Notes: generated by a model not told the origin, from the letters alone. A DNA stretch of 64,000 bases from an uncultured Kordia sp. (GCF_947496985.1 NZ_CANMEZ010000014.1:16379-80378), one strand, 5' to 3'; counted from the stretch's first letter, positions 37,761 to 47,879 are shown. Program-made: numbers and translations.

Positions 37761-39455
37761 TTAATTTTTTCTAAAAAACGTGCTTGTAAAAGTAGTACTA
37801 TTTCCAACATTATCAGTAACGATCAACTTTAAATTATGTTTTGCTTCTGTAAAAATAAGATCGCTAAAATCGTAAGATAACATGCCTTTTTTGGCGTCAT
37901 ATTCAAATAAAATCCATTTTCCATTAATTGTTCCACGATAACTTCGTACCGCAGAAAGATTGTCTGTAACTTTTATCTTTAAATATTTTTTACTGGAAAT
38001 CCATTTGTTTTTGGCAAAATTTACGGGTTTCACTTTAGGTGGAATCGTGTCTTTTGCTAAAAAGTAGGTTCCTAAATTTTTAGTGCTTGTCGTAAACTTT
38101 ATGCCATTTTTTTTGGTACTACTGTATGATGGTTTCTTTTTTCGGTTTAAACTGGCAATAAATAACTTTTTGCGTTCAGCTTCGGTATATTTTGAAACAT
38201 CAAACGTAATGACAAAATTTTTATGTGCAGCTACTCTATCGTTATGTATTTTATAACGTCCTTTTTTATCTTTCGATAAATCGAAATAAAAATCTTCATA
38301 AAACGTATTTTTCGGAATATATATACTTACATCACCTTCCTTAATAGAGTGTTCAGTATTTCGTGTAATTAAATGATTGGTAACAGTTTCTTTCTTTTTT
38401 TGCGTAATCTTTTGTTTTTTACCAACAACAGGAATTGTAATAGTTGTTGTATTATTTTTAAAATCTTTCACTTTTAATACAACTGTATATTCTTTTCCTT
38501 CTTCAATTTGAATTTTCCCATCATTGACAACATCTTTATAAATGCTCAATTTGTTTGCAGGTGTTACAAAACAGCGTTGTACACGTTGTTTCATTTTCTT
38601 AAAACGTGGATAATCAATTAATGTATTAATATATCTCGATTCACCAAAAGAGAACTTTTTAAAGTCGTAACTAAAGTTTTTTACACCGTTTACATAACTT
38701 TCCAATTGGTAGATTCCATTTTTATTAAACGCTAAATCTTGTCGGTCATATGAATTTACTCCAAAACCAATTTCGCCTGAAGCATATACTTTCGTAGCTG
38801 TAAAACTATTTTTCTCTTTTCCTTTCTTTAATTGTAATTGTACAATTTTATTAGAAGAATTAATTTGAGCAGAATCTGACAAAGCATATCCAAATACACC
38901 ATTCACAGTAGGATTGTGTGAATCTTTTACATTTATACCAAACAGCATTGGATTCATTGGTTTAGAAGCAGCATCACGAATTTCAAAATGTAAATGTGGC
39001 CCACCAGAAGATCCGCTATTTCCAGAATAGGCAATAACTTCCCCTTTTTTAATCACCAATTCATCTGCTTTCGGATATAACTGAATTTCATATCGTTCTT
39101 TGCTGTATTGTTGTTTCTTTAAATAGGCTTCTAGTTTTGGTGCTAACTTTTTCAAATGTGCATACACAGAAGTATACCCATTTGTGTGTGTTACGTACAA
39201 GGCTTTTCCAAATCCCCAATGTTGAATCTTAATACGAGAAACATGTCCGTCGCCAATAGCAAATACTTCAAAACCTTCTTTTTGTTTTGTCTTGATATCA
39301 ATTCCGGAGTGAAAGTGATTACTTCTTAATTCTCCAAAAGTTCCTGATAAAATAATAGGAATATCCAACGGTGACCTAAAGTCGTTTTGAGGAGTTTTTT
39401 GTTGAGAAAAGGCAATAGAAAAGAAAAATAAAAAAATAAAAAAAAGTCTGTACAT
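37761..39455 (-). CDS. M23 family metallopeptidase
   Basis: 564 aa with HSGIDIKT and GGPHLHFEIR motifs. It lies 11 nt upstream of the TonB receptor gene, so a likely operon. Confidence 0.8.
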   Translation of the reverse strand: MYRLFFIFLFFFSIAFSQQKTPQNDFRSPLDIPIILSGTFGELRSNHFHSGIDIKTKQKEGFEVFAIGDGHVSRIKIQHWGFGKALYVTHTNGYTSVYAHLKKLAPKLEAYLKKQQYSKERYEIQLYPKADELVIKKGEVIAYSGNSGSSGGPHLHFEIRDAASKPMNPMLFGINVKDSHNPTVNGVFGYALSDSAQINSSNKIVQLQLKKGKEKNSFTATKVYASGEIGFGVNSYDRQDLAFNKNGIYQLESYVNGVKNFSYDFKKFSFGESRYINTLIDYPRFKKMKQRVQRCFVTPANKLSIYKDVVNDGKIQIEEGKEYTVVLKVKDFKNNTTTITIPVVGKKQKITQKKKETVTNHLITRNTEHSIKEGDVSIYIPKNTFYEDFYFDLSKDKKGRYKIHNDRVAAHKNFVITFDVSKYTEAERKKLFIASLNRKKKPSYSSTKKNGIKFTTSTKNLGTYFLAKDTIPPKVKPVNFAKNKWISSKKYLKIKVTDNLSAVRSYRGTINGKWILFEYDAKKGMLSYDFSDLIFTEAKHNLKLIVTDNVGNSTTFTSTFFRKN

Positions 39456-39638
39456 AAATCAAAAATGCGTTTGAAAAGCTAAAATAGCTAATACTTAGTT
39501 AATTCGGAATCTTTAAATTCAAAAACTGCACCAAAAAAGTACAAAACTTAAAGTAATACTTTAAATAATAGTAAAAACCCTTGCGAACTAATTTTATGAA
39601 TGTTAAATTTGTAATTATATGCATTGAATAGAAATGTA

Positions 39639-39929
39639 ATGAGTAGTACTTTGAAAATTGTTGATTCTCTTGAAAATAGAGTGAGTAAAATGCTCCACAA
39701 GCTTGCAGTGTTGGAGCAAAAAAACCAAAAACTAAGTCAAGAATTAGCAACAGCCACTCAAAATACAGAACGTTTACAACAAGAAATCTCAACATGGGAA
39801 GAAAAGTTTCAAGCGTTAAAAATTGCAAATTCAATGCTTGGCAGTGATAACAACAAAAAAGAAGCTAAGCTTAAAATAAATACACTAATTCGGGAAATTG
39901 ATCATTGTATTGCACAATTAGCCGAATAA
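39639..39929 (+). CDS. Coiled-coil protein upstream of zapA (ZapB-like by position)
   Basis: The track ORF starts with TTG at 39624, and the first ATG is at 39639. The sequence shows a heptad-rich pattern. Confidence 0.45.
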   Translation: MSSTLKIVDSLENRVSKMLHKLAVLEQKNQKLSQELATATQNTERLQQEISTWEEKFQALKIANSMLGSDNNKKEAKLKINTLIREIDHCIAQLAE

Positions 39930-39947
39930 AAGATAGTTCTTTACACT

Positions 39948-40241
39948 ATGGAAAATAAGCTCAAAATAAAGCTTTCTATTGCGGATAGAGTATATCCACT
40001 TACTATTGCAGCAAGTCAAGAAGAAGGATTGCGCAAAGCAGCTAAGAAAATAGAAGCTATGATAAAACAATTTGAGCAAAGCTATGCTGTGAGAGATAAG
40101 CAAGATGTATTGGCAATGTGTGCCTTACAGTTTGCTGCACAAGTAGAGCAAAAAGCTATAGATAAAGATGCAAATCAAACCGCATTAGAAGATAAATTAA
40201 AAGCGCTTGACGAATTATTGAAGGCGCAGCTTAGTTCATAA
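39948..40241 (+). CDS. zapA: Cell division protein ZapA
   Basis: 97 aa with an N-terminus typical of ZapA (KIKLSIADRVYPLTIAASQEEGLRKAAKKI). Confidence 0.7.
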   Translation: MENKLKIKLSIADRVYPLTIAASQEEGLRKAAKKIEAMIKQFEQSYAVRDKQDVLAMCALQFAAQVEQKAIDKDANQTALEDKLKALDELLKAQLSS

Positions 40242-40261
40242 GTTCTGTAAAATATAAATAG

Positions 40262-40454
40262 GTTACTGCCTACATTGGTTTTTATTTTTGATAAACTCAA
40301 CGTTAATATAATTAAAAAGAGTGAGTCATGGTTGTAAAAGCAAGCTGTCAATACTAAACTCGTTTAGTATTTAGACGGATCCTTGATCAATCTGTTAGCT
40401 CTAAACTTGTTTTTTTGGAGTTTATACAAAACTCTAATCAATGTAGGCTTTTTT
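40262..40454 (+). ncRNA. ssrS: Candidate 6S RNA (Flavobacteriia type)
   Basis: A 13-bp closing stem pairs GCCTACATTGGTT (40268-40280) with AATCAATGTAGGC (40436-40448), followed by T6. Internal hairpins include 40353-40370. It sits directly after zapA, as ssrS does in E. coli. Confidence 0.5.
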
Positions 40455-40626
40455 AGTTAGTGCAACTTAGTTTTAAAGAAGACCATATGTAGGAACATAC
40501 AAAATGTAAGCTAAACTAATACTGTTGAAAAACAGTAATTTAGGTTTGTAACTCAATTTTTATACACAGAATTTCCTTGGAGTTTCATACCATACATTAA
40601 ATTAATTATATAATTAAGATCGACAG

Positions 40627-42204
40627 ATGATGGATAGTACAACAACAATTATAATCGCAGTCGCCGTTGGCGTCATCAGCATAATTGTAGGCTTCTTGAT
40701 AGCCAAAAGCTTGGAGAAAAAACAAGCTTCAAAAATTATTCAAGATGCTAAAAAAGAAGCTTCTTCTTTATTAAAAGGAGCTAAAAAAGATGCTGAAAGT
40801 GTGAAGAAAGATAAAATTCTTCAAGCAAAAGAAAAGTTTTTAGAATTAAAAGCTGAGCACGAAAAATTTATCTTATCAAAAGATAAAAAAATGGCAGAAG
40901 CCGAAAAACGCACGCGTGACAAGGAATCTCAAATTTCTAGCGAATTATCAAAGAACAAAAAATTAAACCAAGAAATAGAATCAAAACTAAAAGATTATAA
41001 CTATCGTTTAGATTTTGTAGAGAAGAAAAAATCGGAAGTTGAGCGTTTACATAAAAGTCAAGTAGAACAATTAGAGGTAATTTCAGGATTGTCTGCCGAT
41101 GAAGCAAAAGATCAATTAGTAGCTTCACTAAAAGAAGAAGCAAAAACAGATGCTATGAGCTATATTCAAGCAAAACTTGAAGAAGCAAAACTTACAGCAC
41201 AACAAGAAGCAAAGAAAGTAATCATTAATACAATCCAACGTATAGGAACGGAAGAAGCAGTTGAAAACTGTGTATCTGTTTTTAATATTGAATCTGATGA
41301 TGTAAAAGGACGTATTATTGGTAGAGAAGGACGAAATATTAGAGCTTTAGAAGCAGCTACAGGTGTAGAAATTATTGTAGATGATACGCCAGAAGCTATT
41401 ATTCTTTCTTGCTTTGATTCGGTACGAAGAGAAATTGCACGTTTATCACTTCATAGATTGGTAACTGATGGACGAATTCACCCAGCACGTATTGAAGAAG
41501 TTGTAAAGAAAACACGTAAACAAATTGATGAAGAAATTATTGAAGTTGGAAAGCGTACAGTAATCGATTTAGGAATTCACGGATTACATCCAGAATTAAT
41601 AAAAACTGTTGGACGAATGAAGTATCGTTCTTCATACGGACAAAACTTATTACAACATTCGCGTGAAGTAGCAAAACTTTGTGGTGTAATGGCTGCTGAG
41701 CTAGGATTGAATCCAAAACTAGCCAAAAGAGCAGGGTTGTTACATGATATTGGAAAAGTACCAGATACAGAAACAGAAGTACCGCACGCAATCTTAGGAA
41801 TGCAATGGGCTGAGAAATATGGTGAAAAAGCAGAAGTTTGTAACGCTATTGGAGCCCATCATGATGAAATAGAAATGGTTTCATTATTATCACCAATCGT
41901 ACAAGTATGTGATGCAATTTCTGGAGCAAGACCAGGTGCACGTCGTCAAGTATTAGACAGTTATATTCAACGTTTAAAGGACTTAGAGGACATTGCTTTT
42001 GGTTTCCCAGGAGTAAAGAAAGCATATGCAATTCAAGCAGGTCGTGAACTTCGTGTAATTGTTGAAAGTGAAAAAGTAGATGATGCGAAAGCAGCAGAAT
42101 TATCATTCAACATCTCACAAAAAATTCAAACGGATATGACCTATCCAGGACAAGTAAAAATTACTGTAATTAGAGAAACGAGAGCCGTAAACATTGCGAA
42201 ATAG
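40627..42204 (+). CDS. rny: Ribonuclease Y
   Basis: 525 aa with an N-terminal TM, coiled coil, KH domain ([15 protein letters not shown]) and HD domain (LLHDIGK). Confidence 0.95.
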   Translation: MMDSTTTIIIAVAVGVISIIVGFLIAKSLEKKQASKIIQDAKKEASSLLKGAKKDAESVKKDKILQAKEKFLELKAEHEKFILSKDKKMAEAEKRTRDKESQISSELSKNKKLNQEIESKLKDYNYRLDFVEKKKSEVERLHKSQVEQLEVISGLSADEAKDQLVASLKEEAKTDAMSYIQAKLEEAKLTAQQEAKKVIINTIQRIGTEEAVENCVSVFNIESDDVKGRIIGREGRNIRALEAATGVEIIVDDTPEAIILSCFDSVRREIARLSLHRLVTDGRIHPARIEEVVKKTRKQIDEEIIEVGKRTVIDLGIHGLHPELIKTVGRMKYRSSYGQNLLQHSREVAKLCGVMAAELGLNPKLAKRAGLLHDIGKVPDTETEVPHAILGMQWAEKYGEKAEVCNAIGAHHDEIEMVSLLSPIVQVCDAISGARPGARRQVLDSYIQRLKDLEDIAFGFPGVKKAYAIQAGRELRVIVESEKVDDAKAAELSFNISQKIQTDMTYPGQVKITVIRETRAVNIAK

Positions 42205-42348
42205 TTTCTAAATTTTATATATAAATTCACAAAACGTGATTATCCAAGTTCTTTAACTTACGGTAATCACGTTTCTTCTTTATGGCAAAACATTGACGAA
42301 TAGCTGTTATTTATCGATATCTTTAGTATAACCTAAATAAGACCTGTT

Positions 42349-42522
42349 ATGTTAAAGAAAATTTTAAATCTCGCAGGAGTAGACGCACTTTCAAAAATAG
42401 AACAAATTGAAACTCAAGGAGGCAAAATTGTTCCTACCTTAGCTACATCATTTATGTGTTATTGTAATAATATATATATAGGTGAAAAAAAATCTGTTCA
42501 AGATTGTTGGAAAACCTGCTAA
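42349..42522 (+). CDS. GG-leader bacteriocin-like peptide precursor, 57 aa (not in ORF track)
   Basis: Manual translation gives MLKKILNLAGVDALSKIEQIETQGG|KIVPTLATSFMCYCNNIYIGEKKSVQDCWKTC*. It has a leader ending in GG and 4 Cys in the core, and is followed by a terminator. Confidence 0.55.
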   Translation: MLKKILNLAGVDALSKIEQIETQGGKIVPTLATSFMCYCNNIYIGEKKSVQDCWKTC

Positions 42523-42547
42523 ATAACAGAACCACTGAAAAGTGAAA

Positions 42548-42580
42548 AAACAGAAATTGGATAACGGTTTCTGTTTTTTT
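42548..42580. terminator. Bidirectional terminator between the peptide gene and xerD
   Basis: 9-bp stem AAACAGAAA / TTTCTGTTT flanked by an A-run and a T-run. It abuts the xerD stop. Confidence 0.6.
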
Positions 42581-43475
42581 ATGTCCTAGGATGATATTTC
42601 TCCATTACCATAGCCAAATGACTTCTATCTACATGCATGTAAATTTCTGTAGTTGTAATACTTTCATGACCTAACATTAATTGAATAGCACGCAAATCAG
42701 CTCCATTCTCTAATAAATGTGTTGCAAATGAATGACGAAATGTATGTGGAGATATTTTCTTTTTTAACCCTGATTTTTCTGTTAAGCGCTTAATAATTGT
42801 AAAAATCATAACGCGTGTTAGTTGTTTTCCGCGTCTATTCAAAAAAACTGTATCACTAAACTCAGGTACATGTTTGGTATGATTGCGTTGTCCATTTACA
42901 TAGAAATTAATATGTTTCTGTGTAAAACTACTTATAGGAACAAAACGCTGTTTATCTCCTTTTCCTGTAACTCTAATAAAGCCTTCATCAAAAAACAAAT
43001 CAGAAAGCTTTAAACCAACCAATTCACTAACACGTAAACCACAACCATATAAGGTTTCTATAATTGCTTTATTTCTGTGTCCTTCATTTTTGGATAGATC
43101 AATGCAAGCAAGAAGCTTTTCAATGTCTTCTATCGCCAAAGTATCAGGTAATTTTCTGCCAATCTTTGGTGCTTCAATTAGTTCCATAGGATTATCTTTT
43201 CGATAATCTTCAAAAACTAAATAATTAAAAAAACTTTTCAGACCAGAAATAATTCGTGTTTGCGAACGTGCATTTAAAATTTTGGCAACTTCATAAATAA
43301 ACTGTTGTACTGTTTCTTCGTCAATAGACAAGGGAGAAGAGTTGATGTTATTTTCAGTAAGATAATGAATCAATTTCTCTATATCATGCGTGTAATTCAC
43401 AATAGTATTGTCAGATAAACCACGTTCGATTCTCAAAAAATGTTGAAAATCTTTAAGCGAATGTGTCCATTTCAT
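42579..43475 (-). CDS. xerD: Site-specific tyrosine recombinase XerD
   Basis: 298 aa with the catalytic region HTFRHSFATHLLENGADLRAIQLMLGHESITTTEIY. Confidence 0.9.
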   Translation of the reverse strand: MKWTHSLKDFQHFLRIERGLSDNTIVNYTHDIEKLIHYLTENNINSSPLSIDEETVQQFIYEVAKILNARSQTRIISGLKSFFNYLVFEDYRKDNPMELIEAPKIGRKLPDTLAIEDIEKLLACIDLSKNEGHRNKAIIETLYGCGLRVSELVGLKLSDLFFDEGFIRVTGKGDKQRFVPISSFTQKHINFYVNGQRNHTKHVPEFSDTVFLNRRGKQLTRVMIFTIIKRLTEKSGLKKKISPHTFRHSFATHLLENGADLRAIQLMLGHESITTTEIYMHVDRSHLAMVMEKYHPRT

Positions 43476-43643
43476 GTGAAAATTCTTTCAAAATTGGGGA
43501 AATTTGTTAAAAAATAAACAATTGATAATCAGTTTGTTAAAAAAAGGGTTGCGTCAGAATGTGTTAATAATTAGTTAAGAAATGATTGTGAAATTACAAA
43601 AAGTAGTTCTTTTGTACCAGAATTAATTAAAAAACTATTTAAG

Positions 43644-44135
43644 ATGAAAAAAATTATTTTAGTTGCAGTTGTTGCCTTATTTGGGTTTACAATGAACGCA
43701 CAAGAATTCAAAGCGGGAATCAATGGAGCTTTACCAATCGGAGATGCAGGAGATGTTGCAGACTTTAGTATTGGTTTAGATTTAGCTTACTTATGGAATG
43801 TTGGAGAGTCATTCGATGTAGGTGTTGCTTCAGGGTTTACAACTGCTTTCACGAAAGATATTACTGTTTTAGGGAACAAAGTATCTGTTGATGATGTACA
43901 GTTTTTACCAATTGCAGGTGCCGCTCGTTACAATGTTTCTGAAGATTTCTTTTTTGGAGCAGATTTAGGATATGCTGTTGGAATCAATGATGGAAATGAC
44001 GGAGGTTTATACTACAGACCAAAAATTGGTTATAACCTTACTGAGAAGTTTTCTTTAAACCTTTCTTATACAGGAATAGCTAGAGATGGAAACACTTGGG
44101 ATACTATTGGATTAGGAGTTGAATACGGATTCTAA
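43644..44135 (+). CDS. Small outer-membrane beta-barrel protein
   Basis: 163 aa with a signal peptide, alternating strands and a terminal F. Confidence 0.6.
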   Translation: MKKIILVAVVALFGFTMNAQEFKAGINGALPIGDAGDVADFSIGLDLAYLWNVGESFDVGVASGFTTAFTKDITVLGNKVSVDDVQFLPIAGAARYNVSEDFFFGADLGYAVGINDGNDGGLYYRPKIGYNLTEKFSLNLSYTGIARDGNTWDTIGLGVEYGF

Positions 44136-44223
44136 GAAATAGAAAATATTTTGTGAAAAGGAAGCTAATTTGGCTTCCTTTTTTTATGCTTAAAAATTGC
44201 CTATTTTTACCAAAATAATTGCC

Positions 44224-44640
44224 ATGAACATCATTATTATTAATGGACCAAACTTGAATCTACTTGGAAAGCGTGAACCAGAAATTTACGGAAGCGCTAC
44301 GTTTGAAGACTATTTTGAAGAATTACAAAAGCAATATTCAACTATAAATCTAAGTTACTACCAATCAAATGTAGAAGGTGAGTTGATTAATAAGATTCAA
44401 GAAGTTGGTTTTGAATATGATGGTATTATTTTAAATGCTGGAGCATATACACATACATCTATTGGGATTGGAGATGCTATAAAAGCGATAACTACGGCTG
44501 TAGTAGAAGTGCATATTTCTAATACATTTGGTAGAGAAGCATTCAGGCATCAATCGTACATTTCGGCGCATGCAAAAGGTGTAATCTTAGGTTTCGGAAT
44601 GCAAAGCTATCAATTGGCAATTCAAAGTTTTTTATCGTAA
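44224..44640 (+). CDS. aroQ: Type II 3-dehydroquinate dehydratase
   Basis: The N-terminus MNIIIINGPNLNLLGKREPEIYG is typical of AroQ. The track start at 44197 is less likely. Confidence 0.9.
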   Translation: MNIIIINGPNLNLLGKREPEIYGSATFEDYFEELQKQYSTINLSYYQSNVEGELINKIQEVGFEYDGIILNAGAYTHTSIGIGDAIKAITTAVVEVHISNTFGREAFRHQSYISAHAKGVILGFGMQSYQLAIQSFLS

Positions 44641-45363
44641 ATGAAGAAAGCATACTTCAATTGGAGCACAGGAAAAGATTCTTCGCTGGCTTTATATCAT
44701 ATCTTAAAAAATAAAGAATACAACGTAACACAATTAGTTACAACAGTAAATAAAGACTATGAACGTGTTTCTATGCACGGATTGCGTGAAGCATTGTTAG
44801 ATGCACAAGTAGAACGTTTGCAATTACCATTACAAAAAATATACTTTCCTGCCGAAGTTTCAATGTCTAGTTATGATGCAACGATGAAAGAAGCCACAAA
44901 AAAACTTATTTATGAAGGATATCAATACGGAATCTTTGGAGATATCTTTTTAGAAGATTTACGAAATTATCGTGAAGAAAAACTCAAAGAAGTTGGTATC
45001 ACAGGTGTATTTCCTTTATGGAAACAAGATACCAAGGCTTTATTAAAAGAATTACTTGTTTTAGGTTTTAAAGCAATTACAGTATGTGTAAATGCAAAAC
45101 TATTAGATGAATCTTTTGTGGGAAGAGTTTTAGATGAAGACTTTCTCAACGATTTACCAGATACTGTAGATCCTTGTGGTGAAAATGGAGAATTTCACAC
45201 TTTTGTATTTGATGGACCTATATTTTCTTCACCAATCGACTTTACAATTGGGGAGAAAGTGTTAAAAACATATTCGCCTTCTAAAAAAGATGAAGATAGC
45301 TGTGGTACAGACGATTCTGCTTGGGATCGAGCTTTTTGGTACTGTGATTTAATTCCAAAATAA
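44641..45363 (+). CDS. Dph6-related ATP pyrophosphatase (diphthine-ammonia ligase-like, MJ0570 family)
   Basis: 240 aa with the N-terminal PP-loop-like WSTGKDSSLAL and a C-terminal GENGEFHTFV. Confidence 0.65.
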   Translation: MKKAYFNWSTGKDSSLALYHILKNKEYNVTQLVTTVNKDYERVSMHGLREALLDAQVERLQLPLQKIYFPAEVSMSSYDATMKEATKKLIYEGYQYGIFGDIFLEDLRNYREEKLKEVGITGVFPLWKQDTKALLKELLVLGFKAITVCVNAKLLDESFVGRVLDEDFLNDLPDTVDPCGENGEFHTFVFDGPIFSSPIDFTIGEKVLKTYSPSKKDEDSCGTDDSAWDRAFWYCDLIPK

Positions 45364-45540
45364 CAGAAAGTTCTTAAAAATTAACGTTTCTCTGTGAAAA
45401 CTTTAATCAAGTTTTAAGAATCAGTTAAGAACAAATTAAGACAAACCCTTCCTATATTTGATTCAGAAATCAGACAATGATTTCGCGCAATTTTTTCATA
45501 GCTGAAGGTGGGATATCAGTTATTAGGTTGGTTGAGGAAA

Positions 45541-45574
45541 AAGTCATTCAAGTAATTGAATGACTTTTTATTTT
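45541..45574 (+). terminator. Strong terminator about 175 nt downstream of the nearest + strand CDS
   Basis: 11-bp stem AAGTCATTCAA / TTGAATGACTT with loop GTAA, followed by TTTATTTT. Confidence 0.6.
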
Positions 45575-45727
45575 ATACTCGGTTTAATACTTCAACACTC
45601 GTCTCATTCATATATGATTAAAACTTGAAAACGTATTTCGTTAAAGTATTACTTCGCGAAAGTTTATTTTTATGATGGTTTTTTGCATTTATAATAATGC
45701 TCAACATTTCATATATCAAGCTTTTAC

Positions 45728-46456
45728 TTATAGAGGAATAAAGAAAGCTACCGAATATGCAGATCTACTTTTTGTCTTTACTCTCATTTTAAATTGCCAA
45801 ACTCCAGGTTGTGCTTGGTGATAAGTTTCATTTCTTGAAAGTGACTTCCATTCGCTTACTTTTGTATACCAAGTATTACTGTAGCCAGAAGTTCTGTATT
45901 TCAATCCAAAATAGACTCTTTTTAAAGTATTTCCTCTTATTATTCTAGCACTGTAATGTATACCAGTTGATGAGCTATAATGCGTATAATAATTCCATCC
46001 TGATTTTGCTAAATTACCTTTAGATTTAGGGTGATTAAAGGTAACTGATAATGCTGTCGAAGAATCATTCTTTTTGACATTCATTAACTCAAAAGCTAAT
46101 GGGCTTTTCTCATCGTCAAGAGTGCCAACATCATTATTTTCTTCTGTTTCGTCTTTATTATTTGATAATATTTCATCGTAGTTAGTTTCGGATAAAGTGA
46201 AATTATCTTCAGAGTAAAGATTTAACAGTTCAAGATCATTTGCGTAAACTCTTATAGTTGCAGTATCTCCATGTAATGAAGATAATTCAAAATCTTTACT
46301 AAATTCGTAATCAGTTTTTGCTGAAATAGAATCGGTTTCTTCTGGGATTTCCCCTTTATTACAGCTTGTTAAAAAGGTTGAGACTAATAAAAAAATAGCA
46401 AATACACTCAAGGTGTTTTTTTTTAGTTTAGTTAGGTTAAAAGTTAATGTTTTCAT
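45728..46456 (-). CDS. Putative lipoprotein of unknown function, adjacent to the peptide array
   Basis: 242 aa with a signal plus lipobox (FLTSC), an acidic middle and a basic/aromatic C-terminal half. Confidence 0.5.
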   Translation of the reverse strand: MKTLTFNLTKLKKNTLSVFAIFLLVSTFLTSCNKGEIPEETDSISAKTDYEFSKDFELSSLHGDTATIRVYANDLELLNLYSEDNFTLSETNYDEILSNNKDETEENNDVGTLDDEKSPLAFELMNVKKNDSSTALSVTFNHPKSKGNLAKSGWNYYTHYSSSTGIHYSARIIRGNTLKRVYFGLKYRTSGYSNTWYTKVSEWKSLSRNETYHQAQPGVWQFKMRVKTKSRSAYSVAFFIPL

Positions 46457-46660
46457 GGTTATTAGAATTTTGTTTTCCTTACTCTATTTAAAAATTGGCT
46501 TTTCAGGATTTCGCCATAGTTAGGTGTAATCTTAATTTCATTTTAATGAATGAAATCACTTACAAATAACAATAAAAAGCAAGAATGTAAAAGGAAAGTA
46601 AATGACATTTTATAAAACATCAGTATAAAAAAAGCAGTGTGAAAATACAGGTAAAAGAAA

Positions 46661-46678
46661 AGCGAACCGAAGTTCGCT
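46661..46678 (-). terminator. UUCG-tetraloop hairpin terminator (copy 1)
   Basis: The + strand reads AGCGAACCGAAGTTCGCT, so the minus-strand RNA is AGCGAAC-UUCG-GUUCGCU followed by a U-rich tract. Confidence 0.65.
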
Positions 46679-46739
46679 TACATTTAGTAATTTCTTGCAA
46701 TAATTGAGGTTATTCACAACTATAGTAGTTCGCAAACTA

Positions 46740-46910
46740 CTAATTATGATCGCATCCAGGAGTTAGTTGTTTCTCTTTATCGCAAGTTCCATAAGATTGA
46801 ACTTGACAACAAGCAGATAATTCACTTCCGCCACCTTTAATCAAGTTTTGATTCATTACAGAAATAGGTGTTTTGTTTAGTTGTAATGTTTTAAAATTTC
46901 TTTTCTTCAT
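46740..46910 (-). CDS. GG-leader Cys-rich peptide precursor (56 aa)
   Basis: MKKRNFKTLQLNKTPISVMNQNLIKGG|GSELSACCQVQSYGTCDKEKQLTPGCDHN. The start was moved to the MKK that matches the paralogues. Confidence 0.6.
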   Translation of the reverse strand: MKKRNFKTLQLNKTPISVMNQNLIKGGGSELSACCQVQSYGTCDKEKQLTPGCDHN

Positions 46911-47010
46911 GGTATCTTTTGTTTGGTTTAACAATTAATAATAAGATACATATCCAGATTGTTAACTATTTACGGGATCACCATATTTAACATTTAAAGA
47001 GTATAAAAAA

Positions 47011-47027
47011 ACGAACCGAAGTTCGCT
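47011..47027 (-). terminator. UUCG-loop hairpin terminator (copy 2, shorter stem)
   Basis: ACGAACCGAAGTTCGCT flanked by A7 and T7. Confidence 0.55.
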
Positions 47028-47031
47028 TTTT

Positions 47032-47175
47032 TTAAAAGAAAGTATCGCAAGGTTCAAAACACGATTCAACTATTAAAGTTGGCAATGCTTTTTTACCACC
47101 TTTCAATTCTTCAAATTTCAATGTTGAAATTGCTCTTTTGTTTAGTGTTAACAATTTTAAATTCTGTTTTTTCAT
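47032..47175 (-). CDS. GG-leader peptide precursor, 47 aa (not in ORF track)
   Basis: Manual translation gives MKKQNLKLLTLNKRAISTLKFEELKGG|KKALPTLIVESCFEPCDTFF*. Confidence 0.55.
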   Translation of the reverse strand: MKKQNLKLLTLNKRAISTLKFEELKGGKKALPTLIVESCFEPCDTFF

Positions 47176-47277
47176 AATAAAAAGTTTAAATATTAATTAT
47201 GATAAAACTAGCTTTAAATAGAAAGGAACTATTCGTACAAAATGTACGATTTATCAAAATAGCATGCATAGTATATA

Positions 47278-47475
47278 CTATCCACAAAAAATAAAATTTG
47301 TTCTATATTCTCTATGAGTTGAACAAACTTTAAATGTAAAAGTTACTCCGGATACTGTCTGCCCTGTAGCTGCCGCTGCTCCTGAATTTGCTAAACCACC
47401 TTTTAATAGGACGGCATTAATGTCAGAAATTGTTTTCTTGTTTAAAGCTAATGATTTCAATTGTTGTTTTTTCAT
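47278..47475 (-). CDS. GG-leader peptide precursor (65 aa)
   Basis: MKKQQLKSLALNKKTISDINAVLLKGG|LANSGAAAATGQTVSGVTFTFKVCSTHREYRTNFIFCG. The start was moved to MKK. Confidence 0.6.
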   Translation of the reverse strand: MKKQQLKSLALNKKTISDINAVLLKGGLANSGAAAATGQTVSGVTFTFKVCSTHREYRTNFIFCG

Positions 47476-47642
47476 TGTATAAAATTTTAAGGTTTCTATC
47501 TTCATGGGTTGAGATACACAATTCATTACCCAAAAAAGAAAAATAAACTAGGTAGAATTAAATACAGATGGACACTATATATGTAGCTTTTGGATCGTAA
47601 ATATTCATCCAAAAGCTGTGATTTTAGTATATGATATAAAAA

Positions 47643-47660
47643 AAGCGAACCGAAGTTCGC
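47643..47660 (-). terminator. UUCG-tetraloop hairpin terminator (copy 3)
   Basis: AGCGAACCGAAGTTCGCT is identical to copy 1. A second hairpin lies at 47586-47618. Confidence 0.65.
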
Positions 47661-47672
47661 TTTAAATTTTAA

Positions 47673-47879
47673 TTAGCATAAAATATCTGTATGGCAAATG
47701 CATATAGAGTAATCAGTATTTGGTAAAGGAATAGGTGCTAAAGTGTGTTCAGTATCTGGTTCTACATGACAGATTTGAACGCTATAACATTTAGCTGTAC
47801 GGTATATTCCACCAGTAATACTAATATTAGAAATTGATTTCTTGTTAAGCTCTAAGCTTTTTAAATTCTTTTTTCTCAT
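47673..47879 (-). CDS. GG-leader Cys-rich peptide precursor (68 aa)
   Basis: MRKKNLKSLELNKKSISNISITGG|IYRTAKCYSVQICHVEPDTEHTLAPIPLPNTDYSICICHTDILC. Confidence 0.65.
   Translation of the reverse strand: MRKKNLKSLELNKKSISNISITGGIYRTAKCYSVQICHVEPDTEHTLAPIPLPNTDYSICICHTDILC

Noticed and set aside
42579-43475. Tyrosine recombinase considered as a mobile-element integrase.
   Set aside because: Its sequence and size match chromosomal XerD. There are no flanking att-like repeats or cargo, and the neighbours are housekeeping genes.
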